Notes under the pieces: model-generated
Told to the model about the DNA's origin: nothing
The model's input: only the letters and a program-made list of their open reading frames with translations
Database searches by the model: none
Translations under genes and position numbers: made by a program
Part shown: positions 22,843-32,813 of the stretch, piece by piece
Numbering within the stretch: position 1 is the stretch's first letter
How the letters are laid out: each line of letters opens with the position of its first letter
Assembly: GCA_000091205.1 (NCBI GenBank)
Contig: AP006488.2
Origin: Cyanidioschyzon merolae
Taxonomy: Eukaryota
Direction: 5' to 3' (one strand)
DNA: 64,000 nucleotides

Positions 22843-24088
22843 GGCTGCAGGGGCCTTCGTGGTGTGGACGGTCATCAGTGTCTTGCACCTCTACGTGACG
22901 CGGGAGTTGTTAGCGCGCTTCTTTGTCTCTGAGGTCCTACTGACGTTTATTCAGACACTTCTTAGCGCCATCTACGGCATCATTTTACTCCGCTTTGTTC
23001 GCGGTGCGGACTCGTTGCGCAAACTTTTTCGCAAAAAGCTATTGGTGAAGCTGTTGCCGGTTGCCGCTGTCGCCGTTTTCCGTGACGTGTCAAAGTTCGG
23101 GGGACTTGCGCGCATATCAGTCAACCTGACGGTCACGATACGCTCGCTCTCGCCGGTAGCGAGCGTCGTGCTGCAAAAGTTGTTCTGGGGCGAGGATTTT
23201 CCTTTGGAGACTGTCATCACTCTGATTCCAATCGTGGGAGGTGTCTCGCTCGCCTCGGCTGGTGACCTGCTCGAGGCAAGCGCTGCGTCAATGGAGCGCC
23301 TTCAAGACGTGCAGAGTGAACCTGCGTTACACTCTCTTTTGGGTCAAGGATTAGGTGACCTCAGTCGTTTTCTGGTCGGCTGCTTGTCCTGTATATTTTC
23401 TGTTTTCTTGGGTGTTGGTCATTCAATGCTCACGAAGCGACAATTTGCCGGGGCGCAGGACCGCTTGGATCCGCTCAGCATGCAGATTGCCCAGTCTGTA
23501 CTGTCCCTGGCATTCTTGGCTCCGTACTTTGGGCTAAGATTTTTTGTGGGCTGTTTTGGTGTGAGTCGAGGGAAGAATACTTTTGTACAAATCTTGACAG
23601 GGAGAGCCGTTCGTTTGTTTCAAGAATGCACAGCTTCCGGTTCAAGATTTCGGGCGTCAAAAATGGTTCTCCAATCACTGGTAGGGGCGTCCGGCGACCC
23701 TGAAATCATCCAACGGCGGAAGAGCCTGTTCTGCATGCTAGCGTTGAAAGGACTTGTGAATTTTGTGCAGTCGTTGTTCTCTCTGATTTCCCTGAACGAG
23801 CTCAACAATGTGAGTTTTACCATAGCTAGCTCGATGCGCAGAATGATCAGTGGGATGATCACCGTTGTGCTTTTTTATCGGGCAAGCGTCAGCTCTTACG
23901 GTATCCTGGGGATCGCCATGAGCATTGCCGGCTGCGTCTTGTATGAACGTACATCCTCTCTTGGACATCGAAACCCTTGGGGAAAGACTCTTAAATGGGA
24001 GCGAGATACGCATGAGCGAGCTCCAGAGAGGTCTTCCCGAGTATGCGAGACACATCAGGTGAGCATCTCTGATAAATCGCTGCCATGA
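22805..24088 (+). CDS. Triose-phosphate/nucleotide-sugar transporter family (TPT, DMT superfamily) membrane protein
   Basis: About 10 TM helices. TPT signatures 'VTIRSLSPVASVVLQKLFWGEDFP...LIPIVGGVSLASAGDL' and a C-terminal 'SFTIASSMRRMISGMITVVLFYRASVSSYGILGIAMSIAGCVLYE'. ATG at 22805, 100 bp after the element E terminus. Confidence 0.6.
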   Translation: MDTRPKGSGHRFRAAGAFVVWTVISVLHLYVTRELLARFFVSEVLLTFIQTLLSAIYGIILLRFVRGADSLRKLFRKKLLVKLLPVAAVAVFRDVSKFGGLARISVNLTVTIRSLSPVASVVLQKLFWGEDFPLETVITLIPIVGGVSLASAGDLLEASAASMERLQDVQSEPALHSLLGQGLGDLSRFLVGCLSCIFSVFLGVGHSMLTKRQFAGAQDRLDPLSMQIAQSVLSLAFLAPYFGLRFFVGCFGVSRGKNTFVQILTGRAVRLFQECTASGSRFRASKMVLQSLVGASGDPEIIQRRKSLFCMLALKGLVNFVQSLFSLISLNELNNVSFTIASSMRRMISGMITVVLFYRASVSSYGILGIAMSIAGCVLYERTSSLGHRNPWGKTLKWERDTHERAPERSSRVCETHQVSISDKSLP

Positions 24089-24389
24089 TAGGAACTTTCC
24101 TCCAATGATCGTGGTTCCTCTCTGAATTGAATACTGATTCACGATCTTCGGGTTCCAGGTCTTTGCTTTGCCAGTTCAGGAAGTACGTAGCATCAAAAAC
24201 TACTGAAGCAACCCACAAACCAGCAAGGAGTGTATATCTCATGCAAGGAACCGGGTGCAGCTATGTGGCTTGTAAACCGAAAATACATGGAGCGTCTTGT
24301 AATGGAGTTACTCCGGTGATATTTTCTATCACGAGCTACGTGTGCGGGCATAAGATTTCGACAAGTCCGGATCTTATAATCTTTTAACT

Positions 24390-25776
24390 TGTTTCTGGTC
24401 CACTCCCTCTGAGTCCAGTCGAATGCGTTCTCGCGGTGAAGAGCAAGCGACCGAAATCACTCTAGGATGTACGTTATAGATCGGAGACGAATTGCTTACG
24501 GGATATGTATGCTTTACTGAGTAGTGCAAGGGGGACAGCACCCCCCGCCCTGCGGCTCATTCGTATCGCAGTTCTCAGATGGTCGGGGGTCATTGAAAGA
24601 AACAAGTAGATGCTCTCAGCGCCAAGAGCTGATACTCTCCAAAGAGCTCTCGGTCTATGGTAGAAAACGACCCATTGATTAGCTTACGGAACGCAGAAGC
24701 GACGATAGTAGTCGCTGTGGGCGTCTCTGTTTCTCAACAGCTTGTTCAATGGTCCTGAAAACACCGGGATACAGTAGCAAAAAACTTTCCACTTCAGTCA
24801 CGACAATATTCCACGGCATTCGCTACTACAATCGAATTCCTGTAACGTCGCGATCTGTATGAAGCACAGGACGTTGATTTGTATTTTCAGCCGATGGGAC
24901 TTCCGTCGGACGAGAAGGTCGTGGGAAATATGGCCATTCGCGGAGCAGGGAGCTCGTTGTATTTAACATCGAATCTGGGGAGAAAGATGACATCATTATC
25001 TGTTCTGATTGCAATGGATTCATTCGACGGCGTCATTTCCACTCGCAGAGCAGGCGCATACAACAGCACCAATCACTTCGTCGAACCACTGAAGACTTTT
25101 TCCCTGAAGTCTGGCGAAGACCCTCTGCTGCACAACGTTGTAATTCACCATTCCGGTTGCGTTCGAGCTTTTGCTGATTCAATCGGGCTAGAGCTGCGTT
25201 TCATTCCATTGTACGCAACGTTGTTTTACCCCATCAAAGGACTGTTTTCTATTGTGAATCGTAATGATCGCTCCACTAGGCGAATCGCTGAAGCGTTCGA
25301 CACACGGTGACACAACGGGGCACATTTCGTCTTTCTTCAGCACGTCCTTCTCCCTCCGGGGAGGTCTCCACCCATGGGTATACACAAGTAGGTTCATTTA
25401 AAAAAATAAAAAATCCAAGGGAGAGTCATGGGCATGGAAGTCGAGGATCCTTGAGGAGCTTTGTTGCCGGCTTCGAAAAAACAAGGAACAAAAATCCTCT
25501 TCTCGCCAACCATCGAGAGAAGAAGAACAAGTGAAGAAGAGGAAGAAGAGGGAGACAGGCAAGAAAATGTGTTTGCTCGACCGTACGACAACGAGATTTC
25601 AGTGGCAGAGAGGGTATGCGTTCTAGGAATCCTCGCATTGATGAGTTCCACCAGCTGCAGTAACCGAGGAATTGACGAGATACGATTTTGTGGAGCAGCC
25701 TCTCAGGCACGAGGTGTGCCTTGATAACCTGGAACCGATAGCGGGCTGCTAGTCAAAGAGGGCTGGGAGGCGTCCG
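24390..25776 (+). mobile_element. Family-1 internally deleted non-autonomous copy A
   Basis: It shares about 700 bp of 5' 'L' region with copies B, C and D: hairpin 24530-24546 and the conserved block 25254-25330 'GTGAATCGTAATGATCGCTCCACT.GGCGAATCGCTGAAGCGTTC...'. It has an N-terminal-like segment ('NKNPLLANHREKKNK...EEEEEEG') fused to the 3' tail '...LEPIAGC*SKRAGRRP' and terminates at 'GGCTGGGAGGCGTC' (25761-25774). The 5' boundary is approximate. Confidence 0.55.
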
Positions 25777-27052
25777 TGACTGGGATTATAAATGCGCTCT
25801 ATTGTTGCGAAACGTTTTCGTGTCACTGACGATACAAGAAATTCGCAATTTCCAGTGCTTCGATGACTGCGTTGTGTATTTGGCAAGCTGCTGCTTGTCA
25901 GTTCCACGCGTTTACTTCTGAAGCGATCGTTGCGTCAGCTGCGAATCCCGTTGAACACATTTTTTGTGCTGCTGAGAACATGTCGCTCCTAAAAAGGAAA
26001 CTTGTTTTCGTTCTTGAGGAACTCCGAACCCAGCGGAGCCAAAAGTTTCCTACCGCCATTCATGTCGAATAAGCCTAAAAAACAGACGACTTCGGTACGG
26101 GTGCCAAGGAGCGGATACCCTTACCGATTTGATCAGACTCGACTACCTGACGCATACGTCGAAGAATGCAGTCAGCCTGCACAGTTCAACTCGGGGACGG
26201 CGAAGGGTTCCGAGGCGTCAGCGCCTCTCCATCGGTTAGCACACAACAGGGGACCTCTCTATCAATTCCAGCATTTATGAGCGATCTCAGAATCAGCGCA
26301 TCAATTCCATTTCGAGACTGAGCGAGAGCGGCAGTAAACCGTTCTTGAGTCGCCCCATTTCGCCAAAATCGCATGCTTGCGCATGCGCGCGAAGCCCTGA
26401 AAAGACAGTACCGAAACTCACGCTCGTCTGTTCCATTGGGCCGTATGAACACGTTATTGAGAAACCGCTAGATAGCAGGATTTTCTGCACCATAAAGCAA
26501 AACAAGTTTTTTCATTAAATAGCCAGTACGCTCACTCGTTCTACGGGTCACTGCGTAGCGCCTGCCCCCGGCGATGCACGGGTGCCGCTGCGCCCGATGC
26601 GCGTGCAGCATCGGGCGCAGCAGGCACGCATTGAGGATAGAAATGTCCATTGTATAGTTATGTCCCTAATTTTTATACCCGCGCCTCGTTACCGCGCGAC
26701 GCCGGTATTTCGAAATCGGAGGCATCGACTCGGTACGCTGAGAGCTTGACGTGTGCTGAGTCGGGGCGACGACGTTTCCGAGAGTATTCACTTTTCCGCG
26801 TTGTAATCAGCTTGCTTCCTATTGCTTACGTGGCAGTTGGGTGTCAAGTTGGAGCCCTTTGCCGTCGGGCCTGGAGAAGAGGTTCGTTTTCCGAACAGGA
26901 ATTCTGTCTTAAAGAATATGCTTCTATAAAACCGGCACAGCGCAAGTAGCGACTCTTTCTGTGGGTGAACTCTGGTACACGCACACGATTCCAAGTTCGC
27001 CTTGCGAGGTTGATGTTCTGAGAGATCCAACGGTGAACTCTTCTGAGCAAGT

Positions 27053-27940
27053 ATGGAGCGGTCGGGAGGAAGAGGCGACGGCGCTGCACCGCCGCACGAG
27101 CAGCCCGGAGTGCCCTGCCCCGGAGATTCACTGGCCGGGCAGGCACTATCTCGTGCCTTGAGTGGCTCTCCAGCGGAATCAAGCCCCGAGAGCAGCCAAT
27201 CGACATCAAGAGGGATCCTGTCCACTAGCGGTGGCTTCATGCAATCGGAACCATCAGCAGGGGCTGGAAGTTCCATGTCCAGAGCTCCGACACGTGCAGG
27301 CCTGAGCCCGCTCTCTGCATCGCCGGTTCTCCTGGAAATTCCATACGGCTACACAGCCCAGCAACCGTTCGTAGGAACTGCGGGGATGATAGCTCGCCAT
27401 GGACATTTTTTCCATGCAGTTTCTGGAATCCGCCATGAGCTGCGGACACCAGTGCTGGCACCCTTTCCGATGCAGAACATTTCCTCGATCGATGCAGCCG
27501 GTCGTATTTGGCTGCCTTATATTCAAACCATGTGTTCGGGAGCTGGCAATACCGCTTCGATGGGATATTTCGTTGACCCCCGGCGGTATTATCGGATTGT
27601 CAGCCGAAGAGAACGGCGTTTTCTCCAGTGGATGCGCATTCGAGGTCGCGAGACAAGCGTCCAGCAATCGTTTCATGACATGCATGTAATGAGCCACGCT
27701 ATGTTTGTGCAAAGGAATATGTCGTTATGTGCGGGCAGAAGAAGGCGGCGGCATGAGTCGCGAAGGGCTCATGCCCTCCGTCGCCGCCGCGATAACTCTG
27801 GAAGGTTCCTGTCTGGTCCTGCGACGCGCCCGCACTCAACAGTATCCCAGCAAAGTCATTCAACAGCGTCGATGGAGCCACGGACGGGCACCGAAAGCGT
27901 CGAAAAGAACGACCAGGCATCGTTCCATGGTGAGTCATAA
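27053..27940 (+). CDS. Hypothetical low-complexity Ser/Ala/Arg-rich protein
   Basis: 295-aa ORF with no recognisable domain. It could be a chance ORF in GC-rich sequence. Confidence 0.2.
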   Translation: MERSGGRGDGAAPPHEQPGVPCPGDSLAGQALSRALSGSPAESSPESSQSTSRGILSTSGGFMQSEPSAGAGSSMSRAPTRAGLSPLSASPVLLEIPYGYTAQQPFVGTAGMIARHGHFFHAVSGIRHELRTPVLAPFPMQNISSIDAAGRIWLPYIQTMCSGAGNTASMGYFVDPRRYYRIVSRRERRFLQWMRIRGRETSVQQSFHDMHVMSHAMFVQRNMSLCAGRRRRRHESRRAHALRRRRDNSGRFLSGPATRPHSTVSQQSHSTASMEPRTGTESVEKNDQASFHGES

Positions 27941-29121
27941 TTGAATTCGTGAAGCTCCGGCCCTGTTCATTGCAATTGTACAGCGGCAACTGGGGAACCC
28001 TATTCATTTTTATGCTGTTCTACATCAACATTTGATAGGATTCGCGCGAACTTTCCTTTTTGGAAAAGCAGATGCCTCGCTTATGAAGGCTCAAACTGTT
28101 CAAGCCCTGTCCATTGTCTATTTTGGTCGTAAAGGAGTCGTCACATATTGAAGCTTTCCGCGTCAAAACACAGAACTCAGACGGTAGTGAAGGGTAGCTT
28201 GCTTTTTCGTGATGTCGTGTGCGGCATGCGCCCACAGAGCGCACTGATGTTTATGAGCAGGCGCTGCGGTGGCCGTTAACACTACTGGACGGCGCCATCT
28301 CTCAGGTGCTGCTTCGTACTGCGTCATCGGCGGATCTGGAGACCCTTCGGACCTGGTTCCTTCGGCAGTCGTCAACTAAGGAACCTGGAAAGTGCTCCAC
28401 CCGAGGGTGCGCTCATCGAAATACAGAACGACAAGCAGCCGCAGGATCGGCGTTGCACACAGTTGACACCGGCCTTCGCCTGATGCGTTTCATGACACGG
28501 GTGCTTACGGGACAGCACCGAATTTTATGAGCACTCCTTTGGGTGGTCATGGAGCGAGTCCGAGTGGCAAAGCGCGCTGCGCAGATCATGCTCGGAGAGC
28601 TTGCGGACAACAGGTTTGCATTGATATATTGAACATCTGCATGCGAACGCTCTATAGGATAGCGACAATAACATTACGACCGGCTGATGTTGCTGCCAAA
28701 AATCGCTCAGGCAAGTTTGAGTCTCAGTGAATACAGATTCGGAGACGGAATTTCTCAGGTCTACGTTGCAAGCTGGTAAAATTGTTGCCCGGAGCTGCGC
28801 TTCAATGCTTGTCCTTTGATTGTTCAGGCCGACCAAATATTTTCTCGCATCGTACCTGTATCATAAAAGGTACAAAAATTCTCGTTCCAGTGCCTCATGA
28901 CCTTTGTCTTAACGATAAAGAATCGCTGTAGTTTGTTTCTCTAGCATGCACTGGGATGCGCATACCTTGTCGCTGCCGCGGACACGATTAAACGTTCGAT
29001 AAACTTCAGCTGAGACGCGCTACAGCATAACGATCATCGATTGCATCCGCTCTCGTTTGCCTCTGCCGTACATTGAAGTTCTGGTACATTCCAGTCGTAG
29101 ACTTTTAAAGGTGGATACAAG

Positions 29122-29652
29122 TCATCGGCTCTGAAACTTCTGAAGTAGCTGATCAAGCAGTTTTTCGAGACGCAAAAACCGCGGTGCGAACTGGAATGGT
29201 ACCCAGAACCCAATAGGAACGTAGCCGTTTCCGATACCGGTAACAAGCCCGGCACTGAAACCGATACCGCAGACAGCTCCAGCTCCGAAACCACCTCCAA
29301 AGACGGCAATCGGTCGAGGTAAAACGAGTCCGCCCACAGCGCCTGGTGCTGAAAGCGCATACCCTGCACCAATGCCGAGAAACGGGCCACCGACGGCACA
29401 GCCGAATCCGAAAACCCAACCCAGTCCCCCGAAGAGATAGCTTTTTGGTGGAGGCGGGGCCCCGTAGGGATAGCTTTTCTCCTGCAAAATTTTGTGAAGT
29501 TCCTCAAGCTCCGAAAGCTTTCTATCAGTTGCGACGATACGAGTTATGCTTAAACGTGTTGCGAGCGACTTGCTCCGCGGCGGCTGCACGCAGGGCATAG
29601 TCGCTGGATGTCGTGACTGAAGCAGTGCTTCCTTAACAGCGCCCCGTTTCAT
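29122..29652 (-). CDS. Hypothetical glycine-zipper-rich small membrane protein
   Basis: 176-aa ORF with long GxxxG/glycine-zipper hydrophobic stretches 'FGGLGWVFGFGCAVGGPFLGIGAGYALSAPGAVGG...GGGFGAGAVCGIGFSAGLVTGIGNG' and a charged helical N-terminus. No specific family is recognised. Confidence 0.3.
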   Translation of the reverse strand: MKRGAVKEALLQSRHPATMPCVQPPRSKSLATRLSITRIVATDRKLSELEELHKILQEKSYPYGAPPPPKSYLFGGLGWVFGFGCAVGGPFLGIGAGYALSAPGAVGGLVLPRPIAVFGGGFGAGAVCGIGFSAGLVTGIGNGYVPIGFWVPFQFAPRFLRLEKLLDQLLQKFQSR

Positions 29653-29769
29653 GACTCTCTACCATTGTCGACGCGTTGGAGCTTTTCCCGCTCCCAGGCG
29701 TAACGAAAGGACGCACGCAAGTATTGTGTCAACTCGATGCCCCGTAAAGACCGTGAAAAATCGGGATTG

Positions 29770-31253
29770 GTTGCTCAGGCAGCAGAGCGCCCGGGACTGT
29801 GAACCTAATCTTGTGTTTCAACTTGATTTTGTTTCATCCGCACTGTGGTGTATAGAAGGAGACAGAAACCACGATGCAATGTATCGCATATATTGTAGAC
29901 GAATGCCTGTGGGATATACTCTGTACTGAACAGTACAGGGAGGACTGCATTCCTCCTTCAGGTCAGTCATGCCGTCGTACGCAGATGGTTGCGGAACACT
30001 GCAAGAACAACGTATATGCGGTCTGCGCTAAAAACCCCATATTTTAGAAGACTTCTTGCCGTCAATGAAAGGAACCGAACCGTTGATCACCGTACGGAAC
30101 GCAGAAGCGACGAAAGTAGTCGCCACGGGCATCTCTTTTTCTCAACAGCTTGTTCGAGTCGTCCGGAAAACACTGGGATACGGTCGCGAAAAATGTTCTA
30201 GTCGAATCACGAACACTTTCTACCAAAATAGCGACGACAGCGTTCATAGAACGTCACAATCCGTGTAAAGCCGAGGGAGGTCGGTTTGTATCTTCAGTCG
30301 ATGAGACTTTATTCTGACGAAACCGTCGAAGCGTACAGGGGTATTCGAGGTGAAGGATCCCGTTGTACGTACGCTTGAACTCGAATAGAACGAGGACATT
30401 ATCTGTTCTAGCTTTAGTGGATATGTTTGGTGGCCTCAGTTTCGCTCGTAGAGAAGGCGCATAGAATAGCACCAATTTTGCCGAATCATTGAAGGCTTTT
30501 CCCCAGACGTCTGGCGACTTCCTTTAGCTGGACAACATGGCATTTCCCCCTTTCGGTTACGTTCAAGCTTTTGCACATCGTATCGGGCTAGAGCTGCTTT
30601 TCATTACTTAGTAATTTCCGTTGTTTTACCGCATCGGAGGAGTCTTTTCCATCGTGAATCGTAATGATCGCTCCACTGGGCGAATCGCTGAACCGTTCAG
30701 CACACAGTGAAACAACGGGGCACATGTCGCCTCTCTTCCGCAAGTCCATCTCACTCCAGGAAGGTCCTGACCCAGGAACATAAACAAGTGCGTTCGTTTG
30801 AAGCAACAGAGATCCAAGGGAAAGGTATGGGCGTACAAGTTGAGGATCCTGGTGTACCGTCATTGCCAGGTTCTCCAAAACAACGAAGAAAATCATCTTC
30901 TCGCCGATAATCGAGCGATGGAGAGCAACGCACGACGAAGAGGAGGATGACAATGAGTAAGGCGAGAAGAGGTGTTTACCCCACAGGACGACAACGAGAC
31001 TGTAGTGGCGTATAGGGCACGAGTTCGAGGAATCCCGGCAAAGATGAGTTTCACCATCGCCGGTAAATGCAGGGAATACGTAAATCGAGAATTCAACGCT
31101 GCTATAAGCACCAGACGATGTGCGATGCTGAAGAATAGACCTGAGGCGCTGACATGATCTAATTTTGTAGGGCAGCCTCTCAGGGTCGAAGTGCACAAGG
31201 AGCGGCTGACGCCGATAGCAGGATACCGGTCGAAACAAACTGGGAGGCGTCTG
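29770..31253 (+). mobile_element. Family-1 internally deleted non-autonomous copy B
   Basis: 5' L region with the perfect palindrome 'CTGTACTGAACAGTACAG' (29921-29938) and hairpin GGAGGA-ctgcat-TCCTCC (29939-29956). Conserved block 30654-30730. ORF 30972-31157 '...QDDNETVVAYRARVRGI...KCREYVNREFNAAISTRRCAML'. Terminus 'TGGGAGGCGTCTG' at 31241-31253. The 5' boundary is at or before 29770. Confidence 0.55.
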
Positions 31254-32813
31254 CGGATGGATAGTGATTCGCCCTGTGATCGCGAGGCTTTTCCGCACCA
31301 CTTATCACACTTGAATCATGATCGAAGAGTGGTAAATCGCATTGTTTCCCGAAAGACGAGTCATCAGTACCTGCGAAACATCTTCTCTACCATGTGAATG
31401 ACCATCTCCTGCGGTATTTTGAAAATGGAGTGCAATAAGTGATTTTTTTCGTTCGTATAGCTCAAAGAATTCCGCTCTTAGACGTGATTACTTGCGGCTG
31501 GCAAGCAATATGCACCGTCGCATTGCATGGTGCGAATCGTGACCGGGCAACGCAGTCATCGAAAACAAGAATGTGATGAGGTCCGACTAACTTTGCAGAT
31601 GCATCTCGAGAGACGCGTGCTTCCAAACGCCCCGAAATTAGGCTCAGCGTGCGCTTTCGAACAAGCTTCGCATGCAGACATGCTCAGCAATCGCACCCCT
31701 GGTCCATCTGATACGCGCTTCGGATTGGCGTACGGTGCGCTTTCAGAAAGGCCGTACTCGAAGCGAACATGCCGAGCAACTTTGCCAAGTAGCGATATAC
31801 CGCGGATCCGGAGCGCAGCCAGTCGCACGACGAAGCTGCCCACTATCTACAGAGTATACTGGGCATACGGACTTGGCAACATCCATTCATCGGGCGATCT
31901 GTGGCCTGCATGGGGTTTTCACTTGGTCCGCTCTGAAGCTGCTCGTAAACAACAACATGCCGTCCAAAACGCGGTTCCTATGTTGAACGCTGCATGGTGA
32001 TTCTATACCTCGCGATCCATTTCCATCAAAACCGGTAAACCTCGTCAAAACTGGATCTTCGCCCGACATATTGATGAGACTGAGACAACCACCTCATTAA
32101 CATATGGTCTCTGATGAAGTCGTCGTCCGTACGGGTGTCAAAACAACGTGTCCAGTAACGAGTCTCAACGATGCTCGGCTAAACGTGTACATTTCGAAAA
32201 CCTGCTGCGTGCCTCGATCGCCACACAGCGACATCCTCTGAGCAAACAGTTTTGTCTATATCTATACCATAATTTCCTTTTCTTTCATTCCACGGCGCGA
32301 TCGCTCCAAGCCGCAGAGGCTGCGCTCGCGGCGGTCCGCAGTGACGCGCCCTGCGATCTGTGCGTCGCCCTCTGTAGCATGCCTTGTGCCGACGGTGCAG
32401 AGCGTATCGAAGCTTGCGTCAAAACGACAACTCCGTCAGCATAACACGTTGTCGAAGGACGTATTTCGGAAACCTGGAGGGAGACTGTGTTCCGTGACCA
32501 AGCATCCTCGTGCGAGGTCGGCCGATTCCACTTTTAAGACGTTCAGCGGCGGCGTACGAGTGGAGAGAGATCACGCAACGCGGCAAGGTGTGGTGCGGCT
32601 GTTGCCAGGTTTCGTGCCTGAAGAGAGGCCGCGCTTGCCGTTAACTTCTGACCTTTGGCGACTGAAAAGCCATTCTAAATCACCAGAACGGGACTATTGG
32701 GGTTTGCAATCTTCCAGCAGAGCCCTCTGGGCACACATTTGACGTCCAGAGAACGGTGAAGCTCGGACAACAGCACCCGCCGGCAGCATTATTGCTCGCG
32801 TACTGTGCGCTCC

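Noticed and set aside
24887-25397. Antisense-strand peptides conserved among element copies A, B, C and D ('DMCPVVSPCVERFSDSPSGAIITIH', 'VLFYAPSLR...').
   Set aside because: Conservation follows the nucleotide-level conservation of the L region. Both strands translate into conserved short peptides, so there is no independent evidence for an antisense gene.
32805-32813. ORF-track start codons at 32805, 38660, 42462, 21094 and 22021.
   Set aside because: These are GTG or TTG, not ATG, in the sequence. The track evidently allows alternative starts. Eukaryotic CDS starts were moved to the first in-frame ATG: 32814, 38666 and 42486.
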